DNA from: an uncultured Candidatus Rokubacteria bacterium
GTDB lineage: Bacteria; Methylomirabilota; Methylomirabilia; Rokubacteriales; DASRDR01
Assembly (NCBI GenBank): GCA_963805625.1
Contig: CAWDVE010000021.1
Coordinates: 288,001-352,000, forward strand
Reading direction: 5' to 3'
DNA length: 64,000 nt
A program made the translations under genes and the position numbers. Shown piece by piece: positions 1 through 13,796 of the stretch. Positions within the stretch are counted from its first letter, which is position 1, and each line of letters opens with the position of its first letter. The notes below the pieces were generated by a model that worked only from the letters and a program-made list of their open reading frames with translations, was not told the DNA's origin and did not search any database.

Positions 1-1043
1 CCGACGAACGTGTAGATGTAGAGCGTGCCGAACATGATCGGGTAGTCGCGGTTGATCGCCGCCTCGAAGCCGAGGAGCCCGAGTCCGTCGAGAGAGAAGA
101 TCACCTCGATCAGGAGGGCGCCGGTGAACAGGATCCCGATGAAGGCGGCGGGGAAGCCGGCGACCACGATCAGCATCGCGTTGCGGAAGACGTGGCCGTA
201 GAGCACGCGCCGCGCCGTCAGCCCCTTGGAGCGCGCCGTCGTGACGTACTGCTTGTTGATCTCCTCCAGGAAGGAGTTCTTGGTGAGCATGGTCAGCCCC
301 GCAAACCCGCCGACGAGGAGGGCGACGACCGGCAGCGTGATATGCCAGAAGTAATCGACGATCCGGCCCGCCCAGCTCAGCTCCCGCCAGTGGTCGGAGG
401 TGAGCCCGCGGAGCGGAAACCAGTCGAGGAAGCTCCCGCCGGCGAACAGAACGACCAGGAGGATGGCGAAGAGAAAGCCCGGGATCGCGTAGCCGACGAT
501 CACGACGGCGCTGGTCCAGACGTCGAAAGTGGAGCCGTCACGCACGGCCTTGGCGATCCCGAGCGGGATCGACACCAGGTAGATCAGCAACGTCGTCCAC
601 AGGCCGAGCGAGATCGACACCGGCATCTTCTCGACGATCAGGTCGACGACAGGGCGATCCTGGAAGAAGCTCGTGCCGAAGTCGAACATGACGTAGCTCC
701 GGATCATGCGCACGAACCGCTCGGGGGCGGGGCGGTCGAAGCCGTACTGCCGCTCGAGCTGGCGGATCAGCTCGGGGTCGAGCCCGCGCGCGCCGCGGTA
801 CTTCTCGGTCACGTCGCCGGCCTGGGCCGCGCCCTGGGCGGGCCGCGCCGCCCCCGTTCCCGTCTCCCCGCCGCCCGAGCCGCCGACCCGCGCGGTCGCC
901 TCCACCGCGTGGCCACGCAGGCGGGCAATCATGAGCTCGACAGGCCCGCCCGGCGCCGCCTGGACCACGATGAAGTTGATGACCATGATGCCGAACAGCG
1001 TGGGGACGATCAGCAGCAGGCGACGGACGAGGTAGGCGAGCAT
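1..1043 (-). CDS. yejB: ABC transporter permease, YejB/OppB-like (runs off the window)
   Basis: Read manually from ATG at 1043: MLAYLVRRLLLIVPTLFGIMVINFIVVQAAPGGPVE..., later TARSKGL...HVFRNAML. Directly downstream of the yejA-like gene. Confidence 0.85.
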   Translation of the reverse strand, partial: MLAYLVRRLLLIVPTLFGIMVINFIVVQAAPGGPVELMIARLRGHAVEATARVGGSGGGETGTGAARPAQGAAQAGDVTEKYRGARGLDPELIRQLERQYGFDRPAPERFVRMIRSYVMFDFGTSFFQDRPVVDLIVEKMPVSISLGLWTTLLIYLVSIPLGIAKAVRDGSTFDVWTSAVVIVGYAIPGFLFAILLVVLFAGGSFLDWFPLRGLTSDHWRELSWAGRIVDYFWHITLPVVALLVGGFAGLTMLTKNSFLEEINKQYVTTARSKGLTARRVLYGHVFRNAMLIVVAGFPAAFIGILFTGALLIEVIFSLDGLGLLGFEAAINRDYPIMFGTLYIYTFV

Positions 1044-1058
1044 CAGCGCTCGGCGAGA

Positions 1059-2933
1059 CTACTTGGGGATCTCGCCCTTGCGCCGCGCGAGCGCGGCCTC
1101 CTTCTGCGGGTCGACCCACCACGTGTCGAACCCGAGCGCGTACTTCGGCGAGACGGCCGGCCGGCTGAACTTGTCCCAGTGGACGACGCGGTAGGCCCGG
1201 ATGTGCCAGTGCGGGATGACGTAGTGGCCCCACAGGAGCACGCGATCGAGCGCGCGGGTGCGGGCGACCAGGCTCGCCCGGTCCGGGGCCGTGACGACGA
1301 GGTCGATGAGCCGGTCCACCGCGGGATCCTTGATGCCGGCGAGGTTCCGGCTCCCCTTGGTGCCGGCGGCCTCGGACCCCCAGAAGTCGCGCTGCTCGTT
1401 CCCGGGCGACAGGGACTGGCCCCACACGAACACGGCCACGTCGAAGTCGAAGTCGTCCTGCCGCTTCTCGTACTGGGCGGCGTCGACGGTCCGGACGCGC
1501 GCGGCGACACCGAGGCGCTCAAGGTTCTTCACGAAGGGGAGCGCGATCCGTTCCCACGTCGGATCGCTGAGCAGGACTTCGAACTGCATCGGCTCCCCGT
1601 GGGCGTTCACCAGCTTCTGCCCCTTGATGGTCCAGCCGGCCTCGCCGAGGAGCCGGAGTGCCTCCCGCGCGCCGTCCCGGATGTTGCCGCTGCCGTCCGT
1701 CGTCGGCGGCTGGTACTCCCGCGTGAAGACCTCGTCCGGGACCTTGCCCCGGAACGCCTCCAGGACCTTCAGCTCCTCGGCGCCCGGGAGCCCGCTCGAG
1801 GCGAGCTCGGAGTTCGAGAAAAAGCTCCGCGTCCGCGTGTAGGCGCCGTAGAAGAGGTTCTTGTTGGCCCACTCGAAGTCGAACGCGTAGGCCAGCGCGC
1901 GGCGCACGCGGGCGTCCTGGAAGATGGGCCGCCGCGTGTTGTACACGAAGGCCTGCATGCCGGTCGGAACCTCGTTCGGGATCTCTTCCTTCTTGATGAG
2001 CCCGTGCGTCACCGCGGGGGAGGCGTAGGCGGTCGCCCAGTTCTTCGCCACGTTCTCCTGGCGGAAGTCGTACTCCCCGCCCTTGAACGCCTCGATGGCC
2101 ACCGTGGTGTCCCGGTAGTAGTCGAAGCGGATCGAGTCGAAGTTCTCCCGGCCCACGTTCACCGGCAGCCGCGCGGCCCAGTAGTCCTTCACCCGGCGAT
2201 ACGTGATCGACCGGCCGGGCTCGACCGACTCGATCCGGTACGCCCCGTTGCCGAGCGGCGGCTCGAGCGTGGTCTTCTCGAAGTCCCGCTTGCTCCAGTA
2301 CGCGCGGGACAACACGGGCAGCTGGCCCACGATCAGGGGCAGCTCGCGGTTGTCCCCGGGGGCGAAGCCGAAGCGGACCTTGCGCTCCCCCACCTTCTCG
2401 GCCTTGGCGACCTGGGCGTAGTAGCTCCGGTAGAAGGGATGGCCCTTCGTCTTGAGCGTCTCGAACGTCCAGATCACGTCCTCGACCGTGATGGGGCTGC
2501 CGTCGTGGAAGCGCGCCTGCGGCCGGAGCGTGAAGGCGACCCATGAGCGGTCCGCCGGCATCTCGATGCTCTCGGCGATGAGCCCGTACTGCGAGAACGG
2601 CTCGTCCTCCGAGGCCACCGTGAGCGTGTCGACGGTGCCGCCGAGCCCCGTGGCCGGAACGCCCTTGAGGACGAACGGGTTCAGCGTGTCGAAGGTGCCG
2701 ATGGCCGCCAGCTTGACGTCCCCGCCCTTGGGCGCTTCCGGGTTGACGTACTGGAAGTGCCGGAACTCCGGCCCGTACTTGAGGTCCCCGTACATCGAGT
2801 GCCCGTGGCCGACCGTGACCTTGGGCGCGCCGGTCTGGGCCGCGGCCGGCCCGGGCGGCCAGAGGAGGAGACCCGCGAGGAGCAGGGCGCCGATGGATCC
2901 CATGGACCTCCCTCCGCGCGGTGTTCGGCTCAT
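1059..2933 (-). CDS. yejA: Extracellular solute-binding protein family 5, YejA-like
   Basis: Signal peptide, then YGDLKYGPEFRHFQYVNPEAPKGG, GTFDTLNPF and RALDRVLLWGHYVIPHW motifs. Start 2933 or 2903, not 3266. Confidence 0.88.
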   Translation of the reverse strand: MSRTPRGGRSMGSIGALLLAGLLLWPPGPAAAQTGAPKVTVGHGHSMYGDLKYGPEFRHFQYVNPEAPKGGDVKLAAIGTFDTLNPFVLKGVPATGLGGTVDTLTVASEDEPFSQYGLIAESIEMPADRSWVAFTLRPQARFHDGSPITVEDVIWTFETLKTKGHPFYRSYYAQVAKAEKVGERKVRFGFAPGDNRELPLIVGQLPVLSRAYWSKRDFEKTTLEPPLGNGAYRIESVEPGRSITYRRVKDYWAARLPVNVGRENFDSIRFDYYRDTTVAIEAFKGGEYDFRQENVAKNWATAYASPAVTHGLIKKEEIPNEVPTGMQAFVYNTRRPIFQDARVRRALAYAFDFEWANKNLFYGAYTRTRSFFSNSELASSGLPGAEELKVLEAFRGKVPDEVFTREYQPPTTDGSGNIRDGAREALRLLGEAGWTIKGQKLVNAHGEPMQFEVLLSDPTWERIALPFVKNLERLGVAARVRTVDAAQYEKRQDDFDFDVAVFVWGQSLSPGNEQRDFWGSEAAGTKGSRNLAGIKDPAVDRLIDLVVTAPDRASLVARTRALDRVLLWGHYVIPHWHIRAYRVVHWDKFSRPAVSPKYALGFDTWWVDPQKEAALARRKGEIPK

Positions 2934-2962
2934 GTCCCCGCCATCCGACCGCGGGCTCCCCG

Positions 2963-3301
2963 CTACTTCGGCACGGCGGGCGGCACTGCCGGCACGGCGG
3001 GCGGCACTGCCGGCGCGGCGGGCGCCGGGGTCTCGGCCGGCGCGGGCACGGTCGCCGGCACGACCGACTGGGCCCTCGAGGAGAGCTTCGCCAGGCTGAA
3101 CGAGGTGATCATGAACAGGATCGCGACCACGGTCGTGATCTTGCCCAGGATCGTCGGCGTGCCCATGGAGCCGAAGACCGCCTGGCTCCCGCCCCCGCCG
3201 AACGCCGAGCCGATGTCGGCTCCCTTGCCGGCCTGGAGCAGCACGATCCCGATGATGGCGAGGCACACGAGAATATGCACGGCGACCAGCACGTAGAACA
3301 C
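2963..3301 (-). CDS. secG: Preprotein translocase subunit SecG
   Basis: VLLQAGKGADIGSAFGGGGSQAVFGS motif; GTG start with GAGGAG RBS; follows tpiA. Confidence 0.93.
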   Translation of the reverse strand: MFYVLVAVHILVCLAIIGIVLLQAGKGADIGSAFGGGGSQAVFGSMGTPTILGKITTVVAILFMITSFSLAKLSSRAQSVVPATVPAPAETPAPAAPAVPPAVPAVPPAVPK

Positions 3302-3436
3302 GGCAGGCTCCTCACTCGGGCGGCAGGGGCGCGCGGCGCGCCCCCGACGTCCCGCGTCGATCATGCGGCCCGATCTGGCCCAACACTCCCAAAGCGGCCC
3401 TGGGTCGCCAGCAGTCCCAGCAGTCGATGACACCAG

Positions 3437-4252
3437 TCATGGTGCCTCAGCGCGCGAGCGCCCCGCCCGCCCCTTGGCCTCGAGGCCGGCGCGGACGATG
3501 CCGATGAAATCGGTCGCCTTGAGGCTCGCCCCGCCCACGAGGGCGCCGTCGATGTCGGGCTCCGTCATGAGCGCCGACGTCACCTCGGGCTTGACGCTGC
3601 CGCCGTAGAGGATGGGGCACGCCGCCGCGACCGCCGGGCCCGCCCGCCGCCCGAGCGCCAGGCGCAGCTGTGCGTGAACCTCGGCGGCTTGCGCCGGGGT
3701 CGCCGTCTGCCCCGTCCCGATCGCCCAGACGGGCTCGTAGGCGAGCCAGCAGCGCCCCGCCTCCGCGGCCGACCGCTCGCCGAGGGCGGCGTCGAGCTGG
3801 CGGGTGACCACCGCGAGCGTCCGCTCGGCCGTGCGCTCGGCGGCCGTCTCGCCGACGCAGACGAGCGGCGTGAGGCCCTGGGCGAGCGCCGCCGTCACCT
3901 TCCGCCGCACGACCTCATCGGTCTCCCCGAAACCGTGGCGCCGCTCGGAGTGCCCGAGGATGACGAGCCGAGCGCCCGCGTCCCACACCTGCGCCGGCGA
4001 CACCGACCCCGTGAAGGCCCCGGCCGTCTCCCAGTGCGCGTCCTGGGCGCCGAGGAGGACGGTGGACCCGGCCAGCACCTCCGCGACCGCAGCCAGCGCC
4101 GTGAAGGGCGGGCACACGGCAACGCGGATCCCTGCGAGCCCGCGGCAGCCGTCGCGGACAGCCGCCGCCAGCGCCCGCGCCTCGGCGAGGCTCGCGTGCA
4201 TCTTCCAGTTGCCCGCGATCACGGGCGTGCGCGGCACGCCGCCGTCCATCAT
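3437..4252 (-). CDS. tpiA: Triosephosphate isomerase
   Basis: AGNWKM, GHSERR, AYEPVWAIGTG, YGGSVKP, LVGGASL motifs. Confidence 0.97.
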   Translation of the reverse strand: MMDGGVPRTPVIAGNWKMHASLAEARALAAAVRDGCRGLAGIRVAVCPPFTALAAVAEVLAGSTVLLGAQDAHWETAGAFTGSVSPAQVWDAGARLVILGHSERRHGFGETDEVVRRKVTAALAQGLTPLVCVGETAAERTAERTLAVVTRQLDAALGERSAAEAGRCWLAYEPVWAIGTGQTATPAQAAEVHAQLRLALGRRAGPAVAAACPILYGGSVKPEVTSALMTEPDIDGALVGGASLKATDFIGIVRAGLEAKGRAGRSRAEAP

Positions 4253-5439
4253 CAGGCGTCGTCCAGGGCGGCCACGCCCGGCAGGGTCCGTCCCTCGAGG
4301 TACTCGAGGAACGCGCCGCCGCCCGTGGAGAGATAGCCGATCCGATCGGCGACCCCCGCCGCCTGGATGGCGGCCACCGTGTCCCCGCCGCCGATGACCG
4401 ACAGGGCGGGCGCGTCCGCCACCGCGCGCGCCAGCCCGAGCGTTCCGGCCGCGAACGGCGTCCGCTCGAAGACGCCCATCGGCCCGTTCCAGACGATGGT
4501 CCGGCTGTCGCGGAGGGCGTCCGTGAAGTGCCGGACGGTCGCGGGGCCGATGTCGAGCCCCATGAGATCCGCGGGAATCGCGTGGCTCTCGACGACCTGG
4601 CCCGCCCCGGCGTCGGGCGAGCCCGCCACCACCGTGTCGACGGGCAGCCGGAAGTCCACTCCCCGCGTCCGCGCATGCTCGAGGAGGTGGCGGGCTGTGT
4701 CGACCAGACTCGCCTCGAGGAGCGACCGCCCGACCTCGTGCCCCTGGGCGCGGAGGAACGTGAACGCCATCCCGCCGCCGACCAGCAGCCGATCGACACG
4801 GCCGAGGAGCGACTCGATCAGGGCGAGCTTGTCGGAGACCTTGGCGCCCCCGAGGATGGCGACGAGCGGGCGCACGGGGGCGTCGAAGATCCGCGCCAGA
4901 GCGGTGAGCTCCTGCTTCATGAGGAGCCCGGCCACGGCCGGCCGGAGATGCCGCGTGATCCCCTCCGTCGAGGCGTGGGCGCGGTGGGCCGCGGCGAAGG
5001 CGTCGTCCACGTAGACGTCCCCGAGCCGCGCCAGGGCCCGCGCGAACACAGGATCGTTCGCCTCTTCGCCCGGGTGGAAGCGGAGGTTCTCGAGGAGGAG
5101 CACGCCCCCCAGCGGCAGCGCCCCCGCCTGGCTCTCGACGGCCGACCCGACGCAGTCGGCCGCCAGCGGGATGGACTCCCCGAGCAGCGCCCCGAGGCGC
5201 CGCGCCACGGGCGCCAGCGAGAACTTCGCCTCTGACCCGCCCTTGGGCCGGCCGAGGTGCGAGGCCACGACCATCGCGCGCGCGCCTCGCGTCCGCGCGT
5301 GGCGGAGGGTCGGCAGCGCCGCCCGGATCCGCGCATCCTCGCTCACCTCGCCGTCACGCCCGAGCGGGACGTTGAAGTCGACCCGCACGAACACCCGGCG
5401 GTCCCGGAGGTCGAGGTCCTCGATGGTGCGCTTGGGCAT
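4252..5439 (-). CDS. pgk: Phosphoglycerate kinase
   Basis: [37 protein letters not shown] motifs. Confidence 0.97.
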   Translation of the reverse strand: MPKRTIEDLDLRDRRVFVRVDFNVPLGRDGEVSEDARIRAALPTLRHARTRGARAMVVASHLGRPKGGSEAKFSLAPVARRLGALLGESIPLAADCVGSAVESQAGALPLGGVLLLENLRFHPGEEANDPVFARALARLGDVYVDDAFAAAHRAHASTEGITRHLRPAVAGLLMKQELTALARIFDAPVRPLVAILGGAKVSDKLALIESLLGRVDRLLVGGGMAFTFLRAQGHEVGRSLLEASLVDTARHLLEHARTRGVDFRLPVDTVVAGSPDAGAGQVVESHAIPADLMGLDIGPATVRHFTDALRDSRTIVWNGPMGVFERTPFAAGTLGLARAVADAPALSVIGGGDTVAAIQAAGVADRIGYLSTGGGAFLEYLEGRTLPGVAALDDA

Positions 5440-5490
5440 GGCGAGGGACAGGCGCGGCCGGCCGGGCCCGGCCGCTCCGGGGTCCGGAGC

Positions 5491-6583
<1,093 letters not shown>

Positions 6584-6620
6584 CGAGCGCGCGGCTCCCC
6601 GCGCGGTCACCCCGCCGGCG

Positions 6621-7367
6621 TCAGCGCAGGACGACGCGCGCGAGGGTGAGCACGCCGACGGCGACGGCCCCCGCCGCTCGGAGCGCCCGGGCCGCGGCGC
6701 CGACGGTCGCGCCCGTCGTGAGGACGTCGTCGACGAGCAAGACACGCCGGCCCTCTACCGCGGCCGGCCGCGGGACCCGGAAGGCGTCCCGGACGTTGGC
6801 GCGCCGGGCCGCCGGGTCGAGGTCGGTCTGGGGGAGCGTCGGGCGCGTGCGGACCAGGACGCGCGGGAGGACCGGGACGCGCCACCGGGCCGCGCACGGC
6901 GCGGCCAGGAGCTCGGCCTGGTTGAACCCGCGCTCCGCGAGGCGCGCGGGATGGAGGGGGACGGGGACCAGCCCGTCCGCCCAGTCCCCCGGCGGGGCTG
7001 GCAGGGCGCGGGCGCCCACCTCGGCCAGGAGCCGCCCGAGCGGCGTCGCCAGGACGGGCCGGCCGGCGAACTTCAGCGCGTGGATCGCCTCCCGCATCCC
7101 GTCGCGGTACTCGGCGACGGCGCGGGCGAAGGCGTAAGGCGGCGGCGTTCGCCGGCACGCGTCGCACGGGAGCGCTCCGCCCAGCCCCGGGAAGGGCTCG
7201 CCGCACACGGAGCAGCCCGGTCCGAGGCCCACCGGCAGCGCCGCCCAGCAAGGGCCGCAGAACGGGCGGTGGGCGGGATCGTCCGAGCGAGCGAGGCAGA
7301 CCGGGCAGACGACCGGAAAAACGAGATCGAGGACAGGCTCGAACCAGCGGACGAGGTCGAGGGCCAT
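6621..7367 (-). CDS. comF: ComF-family amidophosphoribosyltransferase with double zinc ribbon
   Basis: Four CxxC pairs, RGFNQAELLA, PRT motif LLVDDVLTTGAT. Confidence 0.9.
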   Translation of the reverse strand: MALDLVRWFEPVLDLVFPVVCPVCLARSDDPAHRPFCGPCWAALPVGLGPGCSVCGEPFPGLGGALPCDACRRTPPPYAFARAVAEYRDGMREAIHALKFAGRPVLATPLGRLLAEVGARALPAPPGDWADGLVPVPLHPARLAERGFNQAELLAAPCAARWRVPVLPRVLVRTRPTLPQTDLDPAARRANVRDAFRVPRPAAVEGRRVLLVDDVLTTGATVGAAARALRAAGAVAVGVLTLARVVLR

Positions 7368-7393
7368 CGTGGGGCCCCCCGGGGGAGCCGGGC

Positions 7394-7771
7394 TCAGCCG
7401 GCGGCGGCCTTGTCCTCGCGCTCGAGGCGCCGCTGGCACTCGATGCAGTAGCGCGCGAACGGGAGGGCGTCCAGCCGCTTCTCACCGATCCCTTCCCCGC
7501 ACCGCTCGCACTCGCCGAAGCCGCCCTCGTCGAACTTGCGGAGCGCGGTCATCACCTCGCGCAGGAGCCGCCGGTCGCCGTTGCCCAGCTCGAACTGGAA
7601 CTCGCGAGTGTACGCCGTGTTGGCCTGGTCGCCGAGGTCCTTGGTGGTGTCGTCGTCGAGGCCCTTCTCGTACGCCACACTCCGGCCGACCTCGTCCTCG
7701 AGCTGACGGCGCTTGGCCACGAGCGCCGCGCGCAACTCCCTCAGCCGCTCAGGTCCGAGCGTGGTCGCCAT
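7394..7771 (-). CDS. dksA: DksA/TraR C4 zinc-finger transcription factor
   Basis: DLGDQA (DxxDxA) coiled-coil tip; CERC...RLDALPFARYCIEC. Confidence 0.85.
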   Translation of the reverse strand: MATTLGPERLRELRAALVAKRRQLEDEVGRSVAYEKGLDDDTTKDLGDQANTAYTREFQFELGNGDRRLLREVMTALRKFDEGGFGECERCGEGIGEKRLDALPFARYCIECQRRLEREDKAAAG

Positions 7772-7858
7772 CGCCGCTCCGCATCCTCCGCAGCGCCCAG
7801 GCTATCGCGCCCCGGGCGCGTAGGTCACCGTAGCACGCGCTCCCGGGGGTGTCCACAC

Positions 7859-8209
7859 TCAGGCTTCGATGGGTAGCTCGGGCGCGTCTCCCCACAAACG
7901 GTCGAGCGCGTAGAAGGCTCGCGTCTCCGGCAGGAAGACGTGCACGACGACGTCTCCGTAGTCGAGGAGGAGCCAGCCCGACGCGGCGACGCCCTCGCGA
8001 TGGAGGGCACGATAGCCCTCGGCCTTGAGCGCCGCCTCGATCGCCTCCGCGATCGTCTGCACGTGCGTCGTCGACGAGCCGGTGCAGAGGACGAAGTAAT
8101 CGGCGATCCCGGACAGGGCGGCGAGGTCGAGCACCTGGAGGACCTGCGCCCGCTTGTCGAGGGCGGCGCGGGCCGACAGCCGAGCCTTCTCCGCGACGGA
8201 CTTGGGCAC
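7859..8209 (-). CDS. rsfS: Ribosome silencing factor RsfS (Iojap)
   Basis: IADYFVLCTG, WLLLDYGDVVVHVF, RAFYALDRLWGD; follows nadD. Confidence 0.93.
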   Translation of the reverse strand: MPKSVAEKARLSARAALDKRAQVLQVLDLAALSGIADYFVLCTGSSTTHVQTIAEAIEAALKAEGYRALHREGVAASGWLLLDYGDVVVHVFLPETRAFYALDRLWGDAPELPIEA

Positions 8210-8210
8210 G

Positions 8211-8879
8211 CTAGGCGGGCTCCTCGTAGAGGCCGTGCTGGCCGATGTACTCGGCGACGGCCAGCGGCACTTCGGCCCGGACGCTCTCCCCGGCGGCGAG
8301 GCGCTCGCGCACGCCTCGCGCCGACACGGCGACCGATCGCGTCTCGACCAGCGCGCAATCGCCGGGCGCCAGGGCCTCCGGAGCGACCGGGGGCACGCGA
8401 CGCCAGCTCGTCCGGCCGAGCCGCGCGAGCACGGCCCGCGCCGCCGGGCCATCCGGCTCGAATGCGCTGCCGGCCCGGTAGCCCACGCCGAAGGTCGCGA
8501 AGATGCCCAGCCGCTCCGGCGTCCGCCAGGTGGGTAGGTCGAGGAACGTGTCGCTGCCCATCAGGAGGAACAGCCGCGCGCCCGCCCAGTCGCCCGCCAG
8601 CGCCTCAACAGTGTCGACCGAGTACGACGGCCCGGCCCGCTCGATCTCGACCGGGCACGCCACGAAGCCCGGGTGCCCCGCCACGGCCAGGCTCACCATC
8701 GCGTAGCGGTGGAGGGCGGAGACGAGCCCGCACGGCGGCTTGTGGGGCGGCGTCCCGGCCGGCACGAACAGGACGCGGTCCAGCGCCAGGCGCTCGCGGA
8801 ACGCCTCCGCGAGGACCAGGTGCCCCAGATGGATCGGGTTGAACGTGCCGCCGAAGATACCGAGCCGCCACTCCGCCAT
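8211..8879 (-). CDS. nadD: Nicotinate-nucleotide adenylyltransferase
   Basis: GIFGGTFNPIHLGH, PPHK, LLMGSD motifs. Confidence 0.95.
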   Translation of the reverse strand: MAEWRLGIFGGTFNPIHLGHLVLAEAFRERLALDRVLFVPAGTPPHKPPCGLVSALHRYAMVSLAVAGHPGFVACPVEIERAGPSYSVDTVEALAGDWAGARLFLLMGSDTFLDLPTWRTPERLGIFATFGVGYRAGSAFEPDGPAARAVLARLGRTSWRRVPPVAPEALAPGDCALVETRSVAVSARGVRERLAAGESVRAEVPLAVAEYIGQHGLYEEPA

Positions 8880-8912
8880 CGGCGGCCCGTCAGAGGGAGG
8901 CTCCCGCCACGG

Positions 8913-10178
8913 CTACTCGCGGATCTGCCCGGAGCCCATCACCACGAACTTCGTCGTGGTGAGCTCCTCGACGCCGACCGGACCGCGCGCGTGGAGCTTC
9001 GACGTGGAGATCCCGAGCTCCGCGCCCATGCCGAACTGCTGCCCATCGACCAGGCGCGTCGAGGCGTTGACCAGGACGCAGGCGGCGTCCACCTCGGCCA
9101 CGAAGCGGCGCGCCGCCAGATAGTCCCGCGTCACGATGGCCTCCGCCAGCCCCGAGCCGTGCCGCCGGATGTGCTCCACGGCCTCGTCGAAGCTCGGGAC
9201 GACCCGGACCGCCAGGATCAGATCGAGATACTCCGTATCCCAGTCGGTCTCGGTCGCCGGCCGGGTGCCCGGGACGAGCTCGCACGTGCGGGAACAGCCC
9301 CGGAGCTCGACGCCGGCGGCGCGGAAGCGCGCGGCGACCGCGGGCAGGAAGGTGGGTGCGGCGTCCGCGTGGACCAGGAGCGTCTCGAGCGCGTTGCACA
9401 CGCCGGGGCGCTGGGCCTTCGCATTGACCGCGATGTCGGCCGCCATGTGGAGGTCGGCCCCAGCGTCGACGTAGACGTGGCAGAGCCCCTTGTCGTGCTT
9501 GAGGATCGGGATCGTGGCGCGCTCGGCCACCAGACGGACGAACGCCTCGCCGCCGCGCGGCACGATGAGGTCGACGTACCGGTCGAGCGTGATCAGGATC
9601 TCGACGGCCTCGCGGTCGGGCACGTCGATGAACCCGAGCGCCGCGGGCGGGAGCCCGGCCTTCTCGAGGCCCTTGGCCAGAATCGCCGCGATGACCCCGT
9701 TCGACTCGAGCGCCTCGCGGCCGCCGCGCAGCACGCAGGCGTTCCCGCTCTTGACGCAGAGCGCCGCGGCATCGGCGGTCACGTTCGGCCGGCTCTCGTA
9801 GATGAACCCGACCACGCCGAGCGGCACGCGGACCTTCGCGATCTCGATCCCGTTCGGCCGCCGCCAGCCGCGGACCGTCTCCCCGACGGGATCCGGGAGC
9901 GCGGCGACCTGGCGGATCCCCGCCACCATGCCCTCGACCCGCGCGTCCGTGAGCGTGAGGCGGTCGAGGAACGCCCGCGGATGGCCCTGCCCGCGCGCCC
10001 GCTCGAGGTCCGCCCGGTTCGCCTCGAGGACGGCGGGGACCTTCTCCTCGAGCCCGCGCGCCATGGCGAGGAGCGCCTCGCCTTTCACGCGCGCGTTGGC
10101 GAGCGCCAGGGTCCGGGCGGCCTCGCGCGCGGCCCGGGCACGCGTCTCGACCAGCTCGCGCACGTCGATCGCCGGCAC
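8913..10178 (-). CDS. proA: Gamma-glutamyl phosphate reductase
   Basis: IYESRPNVT, VCNALETLL, GISTSKLHARGP. Confidence 0.96.
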   Translation of the reverse strand: MPAIDVRELVETRARAAREAARTLALANARVKGEALLAMARGLEEKVPAVLEANRADLERARGQGHPRAFLDRLTLTDARVEGMVAGIRQVAALPDPVGETVRGWRRPNGIEIAKVRVPLGVVGFIYESRPNVTADAAALCVKSGNACVLRGGREALESNGVIAAILAKGLEKAGLPPAALGFIDVPDREAVEILITLDRYVDLIVPRGGEAFVRLVAERATIPILKHDKGLCHVYVDAGADLHMAADIAVNAKAQRPGVCNALETLLVHADAAPTFLPAVAARFRAAGVELRGCSRTCELVPGTRPATETDWDTEYLDLILAVRVVPSFDEAVEHIRRHGSGLAEAIVTRDYLAARRFVAEVDAACVLVNASTRLVDGQQFGMGAELGISTSKLHARGPVGVEELTTTKFVVMGSGQIRE

Positions 10179-10206
10179 GGCCCTAGACTATCATGGGGTT
10201 ACGGGG

Positions 10207-12374
<2,168 letters not shown>

Positions 12375-12638
12375 CTAGGAGGCGGCGGCTTCTTCGCGGA
12401 CGCTCACGAGCCGCCGGCCGTTGCGCTCCTCGAAGCCGACGACGCCGCTCGCCTTGGCGAACAGCGTGAAGTCGACCCCGAGGCCAACGTTCCGGCCCGG
12501 GAAGAAGCGCGTCCCGCGCTGGCGGACGAGGATCGAGCCGGCGGGCACCCACTGCCCGGAGAAGCGCTTGACCCCGAGCATCTTCGGCTGGCTGTCCCGG
12601 CCGTTCCGTGAGCTGCCGACACCCTTCTTGTGTGCCAT
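12375..12638 (-). CDS. rpmA: 50S ribosomal protein L27
   Basis: [16 protein letters not shown]...ILVRQRG. Confidence 0.98.
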   Translation of the reverse strand: MAHKKGVGSSRNGRDSQPKMLGVKRFSGQWVPAGSILVRQRGTRFFPGRNVGLGVDFTLFAKASGVVGFEERNGRRLVSVREEAAAS

Positions 12639-12660
12639 GGTTCGGGGGCTCCGTGTGTCC

Positions 12661-12978
12661 TCAGGCGCCCGCGACGATCCGGGTGATCCGGACCTGCGTG
12701 AACGCCTGGCGATGGCCTTGCCGGCGCCGGTAGTTCTTCCGGCGCTTGAACTTCCCCACGACGATCTTCTTGGCCCGGCCGATCCGGACGACCTGGCCGA
12801 GGACGCGCGCGGCCCCGAGCTGGGCGGGGTCTATCACAGGATCACCCTCGGCGCGCAGGTACGCCACCTCGCGGAACTCCACCGTGTCGCCCTGGGCGGT
12901 CGGGAGGCGCTCGAGCCGCACGAGGTCTCCCTCCCGGACCCGGTACTGCTTGCCTCCGGAGATGATCACGGCTTCCAC
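12661..12978 (-). CDS. rplU: 50S ribosomal protein L21
   Basis: GGKQYRV...[16 protein letters not shown]. Confidence 0.97.
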   Translation of the reverse strand: MEAVIISGGKQYRVREGDLVRLERLPTAQGDTVEFREVAYLRAEGDPVIDPAQLGAARVLGQVVRIGRAKKIVVGKFKRRKNYRRRQGHRQAFTQVRITRIVAGA

Positions 12979-13181
12979 GGGGCTGCCTCCTCGGAGAATG
13001 GCGGCGAATGCGGGCTGTCCGAAGCCCCGATTTGACCACAGCGGTGCGGGGCTGTCAACGTATCCGCCCCCACGTATCCGCCCCCGCGGCCCGGGGGCGG
13101 CCGAGGCGTGGCTCGGCCCGCGCGTGCGTGCGCGGCTCGGGGTCTCGACGCCGGCCGCCGAGCCGGAGGGCTGACCCGCGG

Positions 13182-13796
13182 TCAGCCGTGCCGGAAGTAC
13201 TGCTCGAGGCGCTGGCGCAGGAACAGGCGCGAGCGGTGCACGCGGGACTTGACCGCCGGCAGGCTGATCTCGAGCATCTCGGCGATCTCCGGGTTCGAGA
13301 GCCCCTCCATGTCGTGGAGCACGAACGCCGTCCGGTAGTCCGCCGGGAGGCTGTCGATCGCCTCGCGAAGGCGCCGCCGCGCTTCTGCCTGGAGCGCGGG
13401 ATCCTCGGCCTGCTGGGTCCAGTCGTGTCCGGGTTCGACGAGGTGGCCGTCCCGATCGAAGGCCGGCAGCAAGGCTTCCCAGGACACCTCGTCCTTGCCA
13501 CGCCGGCTCCGGAGCTTCTCATAGGCGGCGTTGGCGGTGATGCGATAGATCCAGCTCCCCAGGGCGGACTCGCCCTTGAACGTGCCGATCTTCCGGACAA
13601 TAGTCCAGAGGACGTCCTGGCTCACCTCCTGGGCGTCTTCGGGGCTGCCCGTGATGCGGAGCGCGAGCCGGTAGATCTTCACGCCGTAGCGGTGGACCAG
13701 CGCTTCCACGGCGCCGGGGGCTTGGGCGAGGAGATCCTGGTGAAGCCGCTGGTCCGGCGTCTCGGCGGACACGACCGGGGCGCGCTCGGTGGTCAT
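13182..13796 (-). CDS. ECF (sigma-70 group 4) sigma factor
   Basis: Region 2 (DAQEVSQDV, SWIYRITAN) and region 4 (EGLSNPEIAEML, VKSRVHRSR). Start overlaps the TetR stop. Confidence 0.9.
   Translation of the reverse strand: MTTERAPVVSAETPDQRLHQDLLAQAPGAVEALVHRYGVKIYRLALRITGSPEDAQEVSQDVLWTIVRKIGTFKGESALGSWIYRITANAAYEKLRSRRGKDEVSWEALLPAFDRDGHLVEPGHDWTQQAEDPALQAEARRRLREAIDSLPADYRTAFVLHDMEGLSNPEIAEMLEISLPAVKSRVHRSRLFLRQRLEQYFRHG

Noticed and set aside
192-2546. 784-aa plus-strand ORF and similar long antisense ORFs over core genes (e.g. 8673-10217, 18313-19908, 54029-55666)
   Set aside because: Shadow ORFs from high-GC codon bias opposite well-recognised genes; no motifs.
2966-3060. Repeats at the 3' end of secG
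   Set aside because: They only encode a low-complexity Pro/Ala/Val tail (PAVPPAVP).
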